From Antedon mediterranea (taxonomy: Eukaryota; Animalia; Echinodermata), in NCBI RefSeq assembly GCF_964355755.1, contig NC_092671.1, forward strand, positions 62,001 through 126,000: a DNA stretch of 64,000 nucleotides, given 5' to 3'. Shown here in pieces: positions 44,151 to 56,877 of the stretch. A model generated the notes under the pieces. That model was not told the origin of the DNA, searched no databases, and saw only the letters and a program-made list of their open reading frames with translations. Every line of letters begins with the position of its first letter. The stretch's first letter is position 1. Position numbers and translations under genes: made by a program.

Positions 44151-47100
44151 CCCGATCCCTATAATTCAATTCAATTCGACAGTTATCTCCACCAAAATCA
44201 GCATAGTTTGTAGCCTACATTGACAAACAAAACAGCAAAAGTATCATTTGGTCGAGGGATGACATTATAGTTACGTCTCGTAAACGAATCAATTCTATGC
44301 TATTTTGGTTTGCATGACTAACATCCCTGCATGTTTCACCAATGGTCAGGTACCAATAAAACATTGCAGTTGGCAGCTCAGCATAATAAAATCGATAAGA
44401 CAAAAACAACATTAATTATATAGATGATTGTAATTCGTCAGGTAGTTGTATAGTCCTGTTTATAATTATGTTATTCTTAAGATTTTGCATGACAATGCAA
44501 ATCCTTTAATGAACCATATCACAGATTTACACCGGTTTCAAACTTTCCAGAAACGTAGATATGAACTCCATGAAAATTACTATTTTATTGATTGTTGTAT
44601 TTTTCAGAGCCCACAAATCTCAGAGTATATATATAATACTGTGACAGTTTTTGTATTTAATATATTAGGTAAAATTGAATTCGCAATTAGATTATATTTC
44701 ATAATGTTAATGAGTTTGCCTGACATAACGCTACTAAATATCAATTTATGTGCGTTAAAATTATTTCATTCATTACTGTCAAATTAACAAATATTTGGAT
44801 AGTTATTTATTATCTCATTCGATAATATTCCAAGTGTTGCTGTTCGTAATTCAATTAAATGGGACAATTACTAGTATAGCATTCTGAAAGCATTTAATAG
44901 TTTTCTGACAATTTGCAAGAAATTGTAAGGGCTGATACTACACAACAACATGTTTACTGTCTACATAAACCGTGAAAAAGAATACACAACCAACAACAGT
45001 AAATGAATTTGACTGCATTTTGCCCGCCTGGTTTGTCGTATGGCAGGCAACATAGTAAACCATTTTAAATCTCAAATTGTTTAGTATAAAACTAAAAGAA
45101 TTATGTCTATACAATCTAATTAATCAAGAAAGCAAAATAAATAACCAAAAGTTACTCCGATTCTTAACTGAAGTTTTATAAATATCTATACTAGAATAAA
45201 TAAAAGCTATAAGTCGATAATTATAAAAGAAATAAAAGGTTATTTGGATAACGTATCTGTAGATGTTATATAAACGCCAGCATTTTACATCGAATTATTT
45301 TCTCTTTAATCTCTTTAGGTTTATTTGACGTACTTGGTTGAACCAGATGCCCTCGTCGAAGTGCTGATAGGTAAACTGCAATTTCTTTTTTTTTTTTATT
45401 ATGCTGTGTGAACGAAATTGTTATTTAGAATTGAAACAAAAAAAAAGATTGTTGTACAAGCACTCACATACAACTTACTTACTTAATCTCTTGCGCGTTC
45501 TCTAATTTCTAGCTTGCTCTATTTTACTATTATAAGTTCAATCTCAGCTTCATTGTAATTTCATTCGCCCGCGCTCTGTCTAGTCATTCCAATGTCTCGC
45601 GTATGATTACAATGTACTTCTCTAGCGCTACTACTGTCATTATTGTTAATAATTACTGAATATAATAGTATCATATTAACACTATTTGGCCTAATAGTTA
45701 AACATCCAACAGCTATAATGTGAAAAAATATGATCGTGAGAGGCTTAGGTCACCTTTTTAGGCCATGAAAAATAATAATAAAAACAATACCTCAATCACG
45801 AGAATCTCAACATAAAATATTATAAACTCTTTTACAGCATCGCTTTCCTCATTCACTGCCACTTTTAAATGATCACAACTTTGTAATTTAGTAATGATGT
45901 AACACAACCAGCGAATCCACAAAATATTAAGACAAAAACAAATATAAAAGGCAATGAAAGACCAAACAGGTGCTAAACGTCTATTCTAGTTGGTCAACCC
46001 ACAACAGAGCACACACACAAAAAAAAACATTTTTCAATTAAAGCATCTACAAGAATCAACTAGGCCTACACATATTTAACAAGAGCAAGAGTTGCAATCC
46101 CACAAGGAGTACAAAAAAGATTTGTGATAGAGGTCCCTTTTTTAAATTGGTAGGGCTTAACTTAATAATAAAAAAAGCAAGTGGTAATTTATAATTTATA
46201 ATAATTTATAATGTATATATAGTTCCGTTATAGTCTAGATATTGTCACGAGAGAAAAGTGTGATGAACCCACGAACAAAATGTTTTTAGTTACAGTTTGT
46301 AATCAATATAGTCACAAATATTTAATGGGAATAAAACATGGCACTTTATGGTGTGATTAGTGTAGATTAACTCAATAATCAAGATGTGCAAAATGCATTA
46401 ACTGTACCAGTGGATATGTTAATAACGTCTTATAATGTAGCCGTGTTCTACAACTGGGTATACATTATTGATGTGTAGTCAAGTCCTATGTTTGCAGATT
46501 CTGGTAGGCTATCTTTAGGAGGTTCATTACTGGATGCTCTTGGCAGCCCTATAACGATTTTGAATTTTCTATGTAGACATTTATGCCTATGACATTGTTA
46601 ACGTATTTTTGGTTGATCTTTGGGATTCAACTCATTGCTAGTAGAAAACAGTCTTATTAGAATTAAGCCTACCAGGAAATGTTACTATCTTGTTATACGT
46701 GTCACTTATAATTCCTTGGTAAATTACAAATGTAACATGTTAAATCCTTAATTCTTCAGATTAGACAGACTTCACAAAGACTATTAATGTGTAGAAATTG
46801 AAACATTAATTGAGAAGTACGTACAGATGTCTTATAATGATTGCGATGTATAATTCGTTGGTTTTATTGACACCGAGATTGATAGAAAACACACTTTGCC
46901 AGGTAATTAGAAGACTGTAACACGTCGTATGATATTAGTGTTAGGCCTACTTAATATGCACCCACTCACCGGCGTAGATTAACTTGATTGAGACATTTGT
47001 ACTCTACACTGGTTTGAAATAAACCTAAAGTAATGCACACATCAAATAGATGATCTTAAGAGGAGGCTGACCGCATCCCTAATCTCTATCACATACATTT

Positions 47101-48539
47101 GTCTACATATTAATAGCAATATACGTGATTTAATGCATTAATTGATTGCATAACAAGTTTCATTTGTCCTATTCTATCCATATTTTTTGTTAATAAATTT
47201 ACGTTTTTGTATTTAAACTGCCACAGATTTCAGTAAAATATAAACCAATAGTAATAGATAATTAAAAATCTGGATATATTTTAAATTATTCCGCAATAAT
47301 GATGTGACCTAAAAATGTCGTCATTATTTGTACGTGCCTCGAAAACATGCTCTCACTCAATGTTGAGGATTTGAAAGTATCATATAGGCCATCTACTATT
47401 ATTTTTTGTTCTGGTTAAAAGACAAACTAAGCTTAGTAATTTCTATTTCTTTCTTCTTAATTAAGTTAATCGATGTCTTATGTTTGTATAAAAGGCTATT
47501 CTCCATGTTCAAAGCTAGGCTCATTTCCTTCTCAAGCATTCCATCTGTGCATGCTGGTAGTTCTATTGTATCACTTGTTCAAGGAAGAGTGAGTGAATCT
47601 ATTTTCGTCAAAATTTGCCTTTAAAATAAGTAGTTAACGTTGTTTGGTGTTCCCTAAATTTCACTTCTCAATAGAATTGATAATAATATTTCCTTTCTTA
47701 AATTAAATTCTAGCAGATCTATCATTACATATTAAAGTTCACTGAATACGACAGACTCCGCATACAGCACAGTTTTCATAACATTTCATCACTCATGTTT
47801 TCATATATTAAAGAGTTACCAAATTAAAACACAAAGTAATCGTTATAACTATCTAAAGAGATTTTTATTAATCTGGTTCCGGGATTTTTCTGATTTATGT
47901 CGTGATAAAGAGATAGAACGAAATTACAGAAGAATCACAGTTAAGCGATGTTCAACGCGATTGGAATAGTATTGAACCTGACTTGCCTCAGGAGACACTG
48001 ATGATGATATGGACTAAAGGCTATTATAGTAATCATAGGAAAATAAACTCAAGCGAAACTCGGTCACAAAATCAAGAGTTTGCGCTAAACATATTTTAGG
48101 TGTTTTTTTTATATGTAATTTGTCCAGTTTGAGAACATTATAAGGTACGAGTTTTGTTACGTAAAAACTAACTTTTGTCAACTTAGTGCATCTTATTATT
48201 CAATGTGGATTGTTTGTATTTAGCCTCTCTTTATCCCAGATGTCTGAACATTATCTATTTAAAACTTAATTGTATGGGATTGCAAAAAATATAGGTTTGA
48301 AGATATTAATAACATACTAGCTAAATATAATTATTTATGAATTTAAATGTATGTTTATTATAGCTTGTAAATTTTAATTGTTCCAAGAGGTTCATTTAAT
48401 GGTGAGATTATTCATGCTTATGATTAACAGTATACTTATAATAACCATTGCATTTGATACATCCATTATTTCAATTGATTGTAATGTCGTTTGAAATCTT
48501 AAAAGATAGACATATGGAGGGAACATACTCACGGAACAC

Positions 48540-50070
48540 TCTCACAAAACGAGAAACTCACTGGAACCATTACAATCCATAGTAGAAACCAACGCAGACA
48601 AAGTAGATAACCTCCTGTATGGTATCGACACTATAAATGGATAAGCTCTGTTATAGTATCGACACTATAAATGGATAAGCTCTGTTATAGTATCGACACT
48701 TGGAAGAAACTCAAATGGATAAGCTCTGTTATGGTATCGACACTTGGAAGAAACTCAAACTGGATAAACTCTGTTATGGTATCGACACTTGGAAGAAACT
48801 CAAACTGGATAAGCTCTGTTATGGTATCGACACTTGGAAATAACTATAAATGGATAAGCTCTGTTATGGTATCGATACTTGGAAGAAACTCACTGGAATT
48901 ACAATTTATAGTAGAAACTAATATAGACAAAATAGATAAGCTCCTTTTATAGTATCGACACTAATTGGAAGAAACTCAAATGGATAAGCTCCTTTTATGG
49001 TATCGACACTAATTGGAAGAAACTCAAATGGATAAGCTCTGTTATGGTATCGACACGTGGAAATAACTACAAATGGATAACCTCCTGTTATGGTATCGAC
49101 ACTTGGAAGACACTACAAATGGATAAGCTCTGTTATGGTATCGACACTTGGAAATAACTATAAATGGATAAGCTCTGTTATGGTATCGACACTTGGAAAT
49201 AACTACAAATGGATAAGCTCTGTTATGGTATCGACACTTGGAAATAACTACAAATCGATCAGCTCCTTTTATGGTATCGGCACTTGGAAATAACTATAAA
49301 TGGATAACCTCTGTTATGGTATCGACACTTGGAAATAACTATAAATGGATAAGCTCTGTTATGGTATCGATACTTGGAAGAAACTCACTGGAATTACAAT
49401 TTATAGTAGAAACTAATATAGACAAAATAGATAAGCTTCTTTTATGGTATCGACACTAATTGGAAGAAACTCAAATGGATAAGCTCCTTTTATGGTATCG
49501 ACACTAATTGGAAGAAACTCAAATGGATAAGCTCTGTTATGGTATCGACACGTGGAAATAACTACAAATGGATAACCTCCTGTTATGGTATCGACACTTT
49601 GAAGAAACTACAAATGGATAAGCTCTGTTATGGTATCGACACGTGGAAATAACTACAAATGGATAACCTCCTGTTATGGTATCGACACTTGGAAATAACT
49701 GTAAATATATAAGCTCCTTTTATGGTATCAACACTTGGAAGAAACTCAAATGGATAAGCTCTGTTATGGTATCGACACTAATTGGAAGAAACTCAAATGG
49801 ATAAGCTCTGTTATGGTATCGACACTAATTGGAAGAAACTCAAATGGATAAGCTCCTTTTATGGTATCGACACGTGGAAGAAACTCAAACTGAATAACCT
49901 CCTGTTATGGTATCGGCACTTGCAGGAAACTATAAATGGATAAAAAAAAATAACACAGACAAAATAGATAAGCTTCTTTTATGGTACCGACATTTGAGAG
50001 AAACTTAAAATGGATAAGCTCTCGTATGGTGTCGACACTTGGAAAAACTCACTGGAACAATTTTAATTTA
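48540..50070. repeat. Satellite of about 45-bp units with a higher-order repeat of about 0.5 kb
   Basis: AAATGGATAAGCTCTGTTATGGTATCGACACTTGGAAATAACTAC units. An interrupting cassette ACTCACTGGAA..ATAGTAGAAAC..AGACAAAATAG occurs at about 48557, 48888, 49383 and 50047. Confidence 0.93.
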
Positions 50071-50152
50071 TAGTAGTAACAAAATCCTGATGTTGTATTT
50101 GAAACGAATAAATATAAATGTAATTCTTTTGATTTGCCTCACCAATAGTTAA

Positions 50153-50677
50153 AGATGTATTGTCCCTTTGACCAATTCCAAAAGATTTCGAAAAAAAGTG
50201 GGTCATTTTGAAGTATCATAATAATTATTAACTTTCACCAAAAATTAGTCGAAAAAAAAATAATTTAACTGAAATACAGACGTTTTTGTTCAAAAAATAA
50301 CTTTGACTTCCAGTCAAAGTTTTCGATCAAAACATATCTCATAATGCCACGCGCTTGTTTAGCTACTGTATGCATAATCATAAAACTTCTTCGCGATCTG
50401 TGTGAGAACACCTTCTCAACTGTGACGAGTTGTAAACAATCCTAATTAGCATCATGCAAAATGCATACTCGTGGTTTGAAATCTTTGTTTACTTTCGGTC
50501 ACGATGATTTTCCAGACGAAATGTAATAAAATTAATTTACCTGTTAATTACGTAAACTTGTTTTTTTACTCAAATTTTTGACTTAAAGTGAATAACTTTA
50601 ATATTACTTTGATATGGCCAATTTAAATTTAGAATATTTTGACCTTCATTTTTTGTGTTTCAAGAGACAATACATCT
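50153..50677 (+). mobile_element. Complete 525-bp Kolobok-type MITE
   Basis: TTAA (50149-50152)-AGATGTATTGTC...GACAATACATCT-TTAA (50678-50681); AG..CT termini with a TTAA TSD. Confidence 0.85.
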
Positions 50678-52039
50678 TTAAATCTTTCCCATACTAAATA
50701 GCATGACGTCATTCTATAATTAGTAATTCCGACGTATGTTACTTCATGCAATTTTTCTAGAGTTAAGAAGTTCTAAATAATTGATTTAAGTAAGCAATTA
50801 CAAGAACAGTTTCATATTATGTTGAATATAATATTTTATTGATTTTGTTTGACGATATTAAATTGAAATACGTGCCAGGAATCACTTCTGAATACTTTCA
50901 TATCTTAAACTGATTATAGCAATTTCATATCACCTGTAGATTGCTACAATACTAGTCCGTGCGTATCCAATACATAGTTTAAATTCTTTAACACTAAGCG
51001 CCTTTTTTAACAGTCACTTTTTATTGCCGATATTTTTTATATTTATTTTGTATCTAACTTTGAGTTTTACTTATTTGTCTTGGACGCGAAATAGATTAAA
51101 CTTCACCACATTTTAACACTAAAATTGCACATAATAAAATGTGTCAATAATATACGCCTATTATCAGGTCTTTTCTGCCCATGTGTTATGTTACCAATCT
51201 GCATTCCTCTTTTTTTTTAAATAAAAGTGGGAGGAACAAACACTATTGATTCTACTTATTTTAATTTTACTTAAATGCTTATGCATTTTCATAATATGGA
51301 TAATAAGAATGTCATTATAAAAGAGGAATACGAGTTGTATTGCTCTAGGTACACTCTAAATACTGCTCTTAAATATAAGAATCGGGTAATTAAGTATGAT
51401 ATAGAATTCATTGTGGTACGAATAACTATTCAATTATGCTGAAAACTAAGTATAGATCGCAAAATTTATTTTTGCTGATCGTGCATTTTGCTTTTTTCCC
51501 AAATCAATATTGAACCATTTATTATTTTTACGACACATGGACAACCAATTTTCTCGATGGTTTTTATTTGAATTATGAACATTTTCAGAATTGGTCATTA
51601 ATAATTTGTATTATTGCTACGTACAATACAATTATGTATAATAATCTATAAAAACACGTACACTGTCAAAATGAATTTAATTATACTTGAAATTAGTAGT
51701 CTAATATCTTGCAACAATTCATAACATTTATTAAGAATACATTGTTCAAAGAATTTGATCGATCGATTTGATGATCCTGATAATTTGAACTTAAAGATAT
51801 TATTTTTCTATGATTGCCTTAGTTTTACATTTTCCCAGTACGATTAATACGGAAATGTTGGTTTCTAAAATGCAAAATACAAAAATGCAAAATGCAAAAT
51901 ACTAATGCTACTTTACACATAGTGTTGATATGAGATAAGTAATTCAAATTAATAATTGTAATACTATTGAATATATCCACGAAAGTCTGGTTTCAACATG
52001 TGATAATTTTCTCTGGGGTTTGCTATCAAAAGTGTATTA

Positions 52040-52560
52040 CATTATATAGAAAACCCATGAGGTTGATTAAAGAGAAGATTGTGGAACAGGTGACAACTCT
52101 TAGATATTTAGATACAATAATAATAGAAGATGGCAGCTCTGAGGCGGAAGTAACGCAAGAACTGGAATTGCAAACATGCATTTAATAAGAAGAAAACAAT
52201 TTGAGTAGAGAGTTGTTGTGATGAACAATGGTTAATGGTTAAGTGAGCATTTAGAGACAGTAAAAGAAAAATAGATGAGAAGTATTATAAGGAAAAAAAC
52301 ATTAGAAAGAAGAAATATAGTAGAATAGTATAAGCATGGAGAAATTAGTTGTCCATGGAATAAACTAGTCAAGTAATGAAAGACAAAGAGCTTAATACCG
52401 GGATGGAGTAAACTAGTCAAGTAATGAAAGACAAAGAGCTTAATATCGGGATAAAAGAAATCAAGAAGAGGAAGAAAGCTCCATGGAATAAACTAGTCAA
52501 GTAATGAAAGACAAAGAGCTTAATGCCGGGATAAAAGAAATCAAGAAAAGGAAGAAAGCT
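52040..52560 (+). mobile_element. Degraded RTE-type LINE fragment with short local duplications
   Basis: IVEQVTTLRYLDTIIIEDGSSEAEV resembles the RTE motif (E.V..F.YLG..I..DG....E). Three copies of TAAACTAGTCAAGTAATGAAAGACAAAGAGCTTAAT follow. Confidence 0.5.
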
Positions 52561-53467
52561 CCAAACTCTTTTAATGGGACAACCATTTTTTTCAATTGAA
52601 TTCTACAATTTGTCTATATGCATTTTCAGTTTTCTTTAATGTTTTGCTAACATCTACTATACGGAACCTTACAATTTTCATGTTAGTATGCCTATTATTA
52701 GCCCACATAGATTTGGTATACTTTATGGAATGTTCAATGAACTATACTATTATACACATAAGACAAAAAATGAACTATTATTACTAAATTACTAACATTA
52801 TAAATAAACGTTCGTTCTCCGTACATAATTCGTAATAAATTAAACTTTCATAAAGCTACGTTCATGCTATCAAAGAATACTTTTTGGCAGCCACGCTAGG
52901 CCTATACGGCGGTACAGAAATACACGGTAGCCAAATTAAAGGCAGAAATGGGTTAGGTTTAACTCTAACCCTATCAAAGAATACTTGTCAGCAAACACGC
53001 TAGGCTTAAAATACGGCAGTGAAGAAATACACGATAGCCATTAATGAAAGACAGAATGTAAAAAGATTTCAGTGTTTTTAAAAAGCATCTCTTTAATTTA
53101 GTGCATGCGTTCTTCCATGATGAGAAAGTGATACAGCGATGTTGCTTGATCGCATGTATAGATCCTAACATGCAGGTTATACAAGCCTAAAAGTATATAT
53201 GATGTGATGTGATATATGTTCATACATTAATTTTTTTAGATATTCTTATTTCTCAAAGGATTTGATGTTTGTACGGAAAATGTCAAAATGTATTGCTGTG
53301 GACACGTTTGGTAATATGTTGATATTATTCATTTTTAGTATTATTATTATTCCTGAATTATTTAAAAAGACAGTACAAAAACACATATTACAAGTAGAAA
53401 AAATAAAACAATTCCACACAAACATCAGTCTAATCAATCTAATAAAGATGCGTATGGTCTGTCAGAC

Positions 53468-53503
53468 CAGAGAAGAGTGAAATTACAATTTTACTCTTCC
53501 CTG
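53468..53503. mobile_element. 36-bp micro-MITE (two TIRs only) with a 7-bp TSD
   Basis: CAGAGAAGAGTGAAATT-AC-AATTTTACTCTTCCCTG (15/17 match); GTCAGAC at 53461-53467 and 53504-53510. Confidence 0.7.
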
Positions 53504-54287
53504 GTCAGACTAATTATTAGACTTAATCATATTGGCGACAGTTAGCGTCGGAAACTACAGTCTGATATTCTCACCCCGAGGGCGAAGAAAAAAGGCATTT
53601 ACCCTAATTAGTAGGCCTAATATATGTTTTCAATTGAACAGTTTGGATAAGCATGGCAAAATAACCTAAACAAGAATTGAGTTATCAATAATTCTGTCTG
53701 ACTTAATAATTTAGTTTTAACTTAATCTAAAAATTCAGATAAAATAAAAATTAGATTAATAAAGATAAGTTGTATCTTTGTAGAGTAACTTGTCAATATT
53801 AATAACACAATTTTGGATGAGATTTTAATCTGTTGATAATGCTTTTACCACGTGTACATAATAAAATAATAATCACGCTACTATTCCGTCGTAAATAACA
53901 TTAATTATAAGAGTTTTAAAAAAGAGTTCAATTTCAAGCCGTCTGCTTCATGATCGAAACCAATCGATTCATAGATATGCGACGCAGCAGAAGCAGCAGA
54001 GTAGTAATTAAAGATCATGGAACATGGTATTTGATGTATAACGTTTTTTGGCTGATTTGGGTCTGAATATGTTGATTTTATTAGTACGTTTTGATAAAAT
54101 AAATTCTATAAGCGTAAATTATGAATTTTTTATGATTTACATACATCGGAGTTTATATCTCCGAAGTCGAATTTGGAAGCAGGAAATCCAAGGCGATAAA
54201 TCGTGACGTCATAAGATGAACACACTGCACTGCCCTGCTGGTCGTCGCGACGCATCTATTGTATACAAACTGTACTGTATCGGCAAG

Positions 54288-55209
54288 ATGTCAACACGTA
54301 TTGTGTACGATCTCGACAGTTCGGAGTCTGATTTTGAAGAGGAAACTATCCATTATGAATTCGAAATTGATGAAGATGAAGGAGACGACGTTATGGATAC
54401 GCAAGAAAGTGTTATTGAATGCAATTAATTCAACCGTAGGCCTAGGCCTATATGAGAGCCCGATCTCACCGATTCTGAAGGCGAGGCGGACCAACGCGAA
54501 GAACGTCGTGGGGAAATTGACCAGACCAACAATACATGGTCCTAGGCCTAGGTTTACATTTTCAATTACGGACCCAAACTTTGGAATGGTTAGTTACAGT
54601 CAGTTATACGAATGCATTATTATCGTGTTTTTAAACGCAATAAAAAAATTAGTAAAACTGAAGTTGTTGTGTCGATTAACTAAATAAAAGGTAGGCCTTA
54701 GGTAGTACTTCTTTCTAGTATAGTAGAGTAGTAGGCCTAGGTGATTAATTCGGTTTTAAAATCAGCAACACAAAGGGCCTAGGCTAGTAGTACTGTGTTG
54801 AAAGCCCCAGCATAATAGTTCAGGTGGGGAGTTGTTCTGCCCTCATAAAAATATAGCTTGTGCACAAGCTGACTGCAATAATTTGTAAGTTGCATGACAG
54901 ATTGCACTATATTCTCTATTGATTTGAACAAAAATTGAACCATTTGAAATTTGCTTTTGAAAACTCAAATTATAAATTATATAATCTTATTGCACTTTTA
55001 CAAATGATTTTGTTCTTACAGTACCGTATTATTATTTCGCAGGGTATGTGGATGACCTCATCTTGGAGGTAATGAGCATTGTTGAAGGGACAGCAGAAGA
55101 TGTTGATGTTGTTGATGCGCCACCCCAACTCTGTTCAGGATTTGAACGCCCCGACAAAGAGACCGCTATTGCCAACCACTTCACAAGATTTCCAAATGTG
55201 AACAACTAA
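54288..55209 (+). pseudogene. Remnant of the putative Kolobok transposase gene (first exon and last exon only)
   Basis: Exon 1 MSTRIVYDLDSS..IQP..EPD..NNTW (frameshifted). Terminal exon 55043-55209, after a CAG acceptor, reads YVDDLILEV..APPQLCSGFERPDKETAIANHFTRF*, resembling the C-termini of Kolobok-type transposases as I recall them. The catalytic core is absent. Confidence 0.55.
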
Positions 55210-55597
55210 GGCAAAAATTATGCAGTAAATAAATCAGCAGCCAAAAGGTCCACTGATCAACTTCAAATAAGAAGTATAATACATACTCCAAGAAATGAGA
55301 TACATTCCATCATGCTTTTTATTATAAATCATTATTTCGTTTTTTTAGTGAAAGATTAAAAGCCATTTGTTTATGTGGATACAGCACCACAATCCAGAGC
55401 CAACAGTTTTATAAACAAAATAATCACTTGTGTGCATAATTTTTTAATAAATTGTGTCAGAGAAATGTATATTTTATTTCTATATGATCATTTTATTTCT
55501 ATCAGATACAGTGTACAATACTTTCCTTTATGAAGTACAGTAAATAATTGTATGTGGTTAATTGTAATCTCAATACAAGTTGGTGCTAAATGTTTAC

Positions 55598-56877
55598 TCA
55601 ATCCAAAAATCCAGCAAACTGGAAATCATCTTCCATACCTGGTGGTGGGAAGTGGGCTCTTATGCAGGAAACGGCACATGATGGTAAGACTACCCTTAGG
55701 TTTCGGCCCAAAAACCCCCAACACCATCTGGCGAGTTGCCGGTACGCAATATGTCTCAGACGTTTATGTTTTGAGGCTTCAACAGGTGTGTCATACTGTT
55801 GGCGGTAATGCAGCCATGCAATTTCCAACACATGCAAATTCAAACAGGCAGCAGTGAATCCAGGATGTTCAGTGATGCATATGTAGGCTTCTCCGTATTG
55901 TAAATTGTCTGACCTTCCTCCAGCCTATGATTAATAAATAATAGGGCCTACTTCCTGGCAACATCGACATTCGCGATACGTGGGTAGCATCTGGCAATGG
56001 CCACAATCACACCTGTATTATAAAAACAAAAATATTTTGTAATAATAATATTGTAGCGCTCTAGAGCGCTACAATATTCTGAGATGTCACAATTTATAGG
56101 GCGCTATATTAAATATTTTAAAAGTTTTAGTGATTATTAATGATTAATTTAATGTATTGTGTGTGAAATAGGAAAATAAATCTGCATCTTGGCTAGCCTT
56201 AGGGGCGGGTCTATCTATCTAGGCCTACCCTAGGCCTATTTCAAACAACAAAGTGCAAATTTGTTAAATAAAATGGTCAGTCTAATACCGTAATGTACAT
56301 TTTTGCTTTCTACGATTCAATTTAGCCTAATCTTTATTTCGTTAAAAAAATTCAATCTAGGCCGTAGGCTTATAGACGATAGCCGACCGTCGCCGGTGAG
56401 AGGGCTAGCCGCATGAATTGGAGTAAAGTACAGTAGGGCCTAGCCTCTATCTAGGCTAGGCCTAAACTAAGCCACAATACACACACTGGCATGACGGAAG
56501 AATATCGTAGTTATCTACTAGGGAATTGTTAATTATACAATAAAGTTATACATTAATTTTTAATAGAGATAGTACTACTAACCAATTTAATAACTGGGTT
56601 TGAAGTTGAATATTCTCTGCTTGAATTGTAGGTAGGCCTAGGCCTACTAGCTAGGTGACGGTCGCCATCTTCTGATGATGAAGAATCGTCAGAACTACAA
56701 TCGGGCTCGTACATGTACGGCCGAATTAATTTCATCGACATTCCATTCAATATTTCGATTGTTAAACAAAATAGTTTCTCCTTCATTCTCCTCAGTTTCG
56801 CATTCCACTATCAATGTTTCCTCTTCTAATTCCTCTGACGAAGAACTGTCAAAATCATACGCAATACGTGTTGACAT
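55598..56877 (-). pseudogene. KolX / P2X7 cytoplasmic-ballast-like Cys-rich (zinc-binding) protein gene, frameshifted
   Basis: Exon 1 56877-56583 (MSTRIAYDFDSS.., IRPYMYEPD, ..NW). Exon 2 56012-55598: WCDCGHCQMLPTYRECRCCQE..CITEHPGFTAACLNLHVLEIAW..RLRHIAYRQLARWCWGFLGRNLRVVLPSCAVSCIRAHFP. This parallels the P2X7 C-terminus (WCQCGSC..CC..CIT..RLRHCAYRCY..LPSCC..IRKEFP). Confidence 0.8.

Noticed and set aside
47400-47810. Coding-looking minus-strand segment (..ELPACTDGMLEKEMSLALNME..)
   Set aside because: In-frame stops, no recognisable family and no supported exon partners.
48671-49459. ORFs with MVSTLGNNYKWISSV repeats
   Set aside because: These are translations of the 45-bp satellite; frames break frequently.
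55598-56012. Host P2X7 receptor gene
   Set aside because: No transmembrane or ectodomain exons are present. The domain is frameshifted and lies inside a TIR/TTAA transposon.
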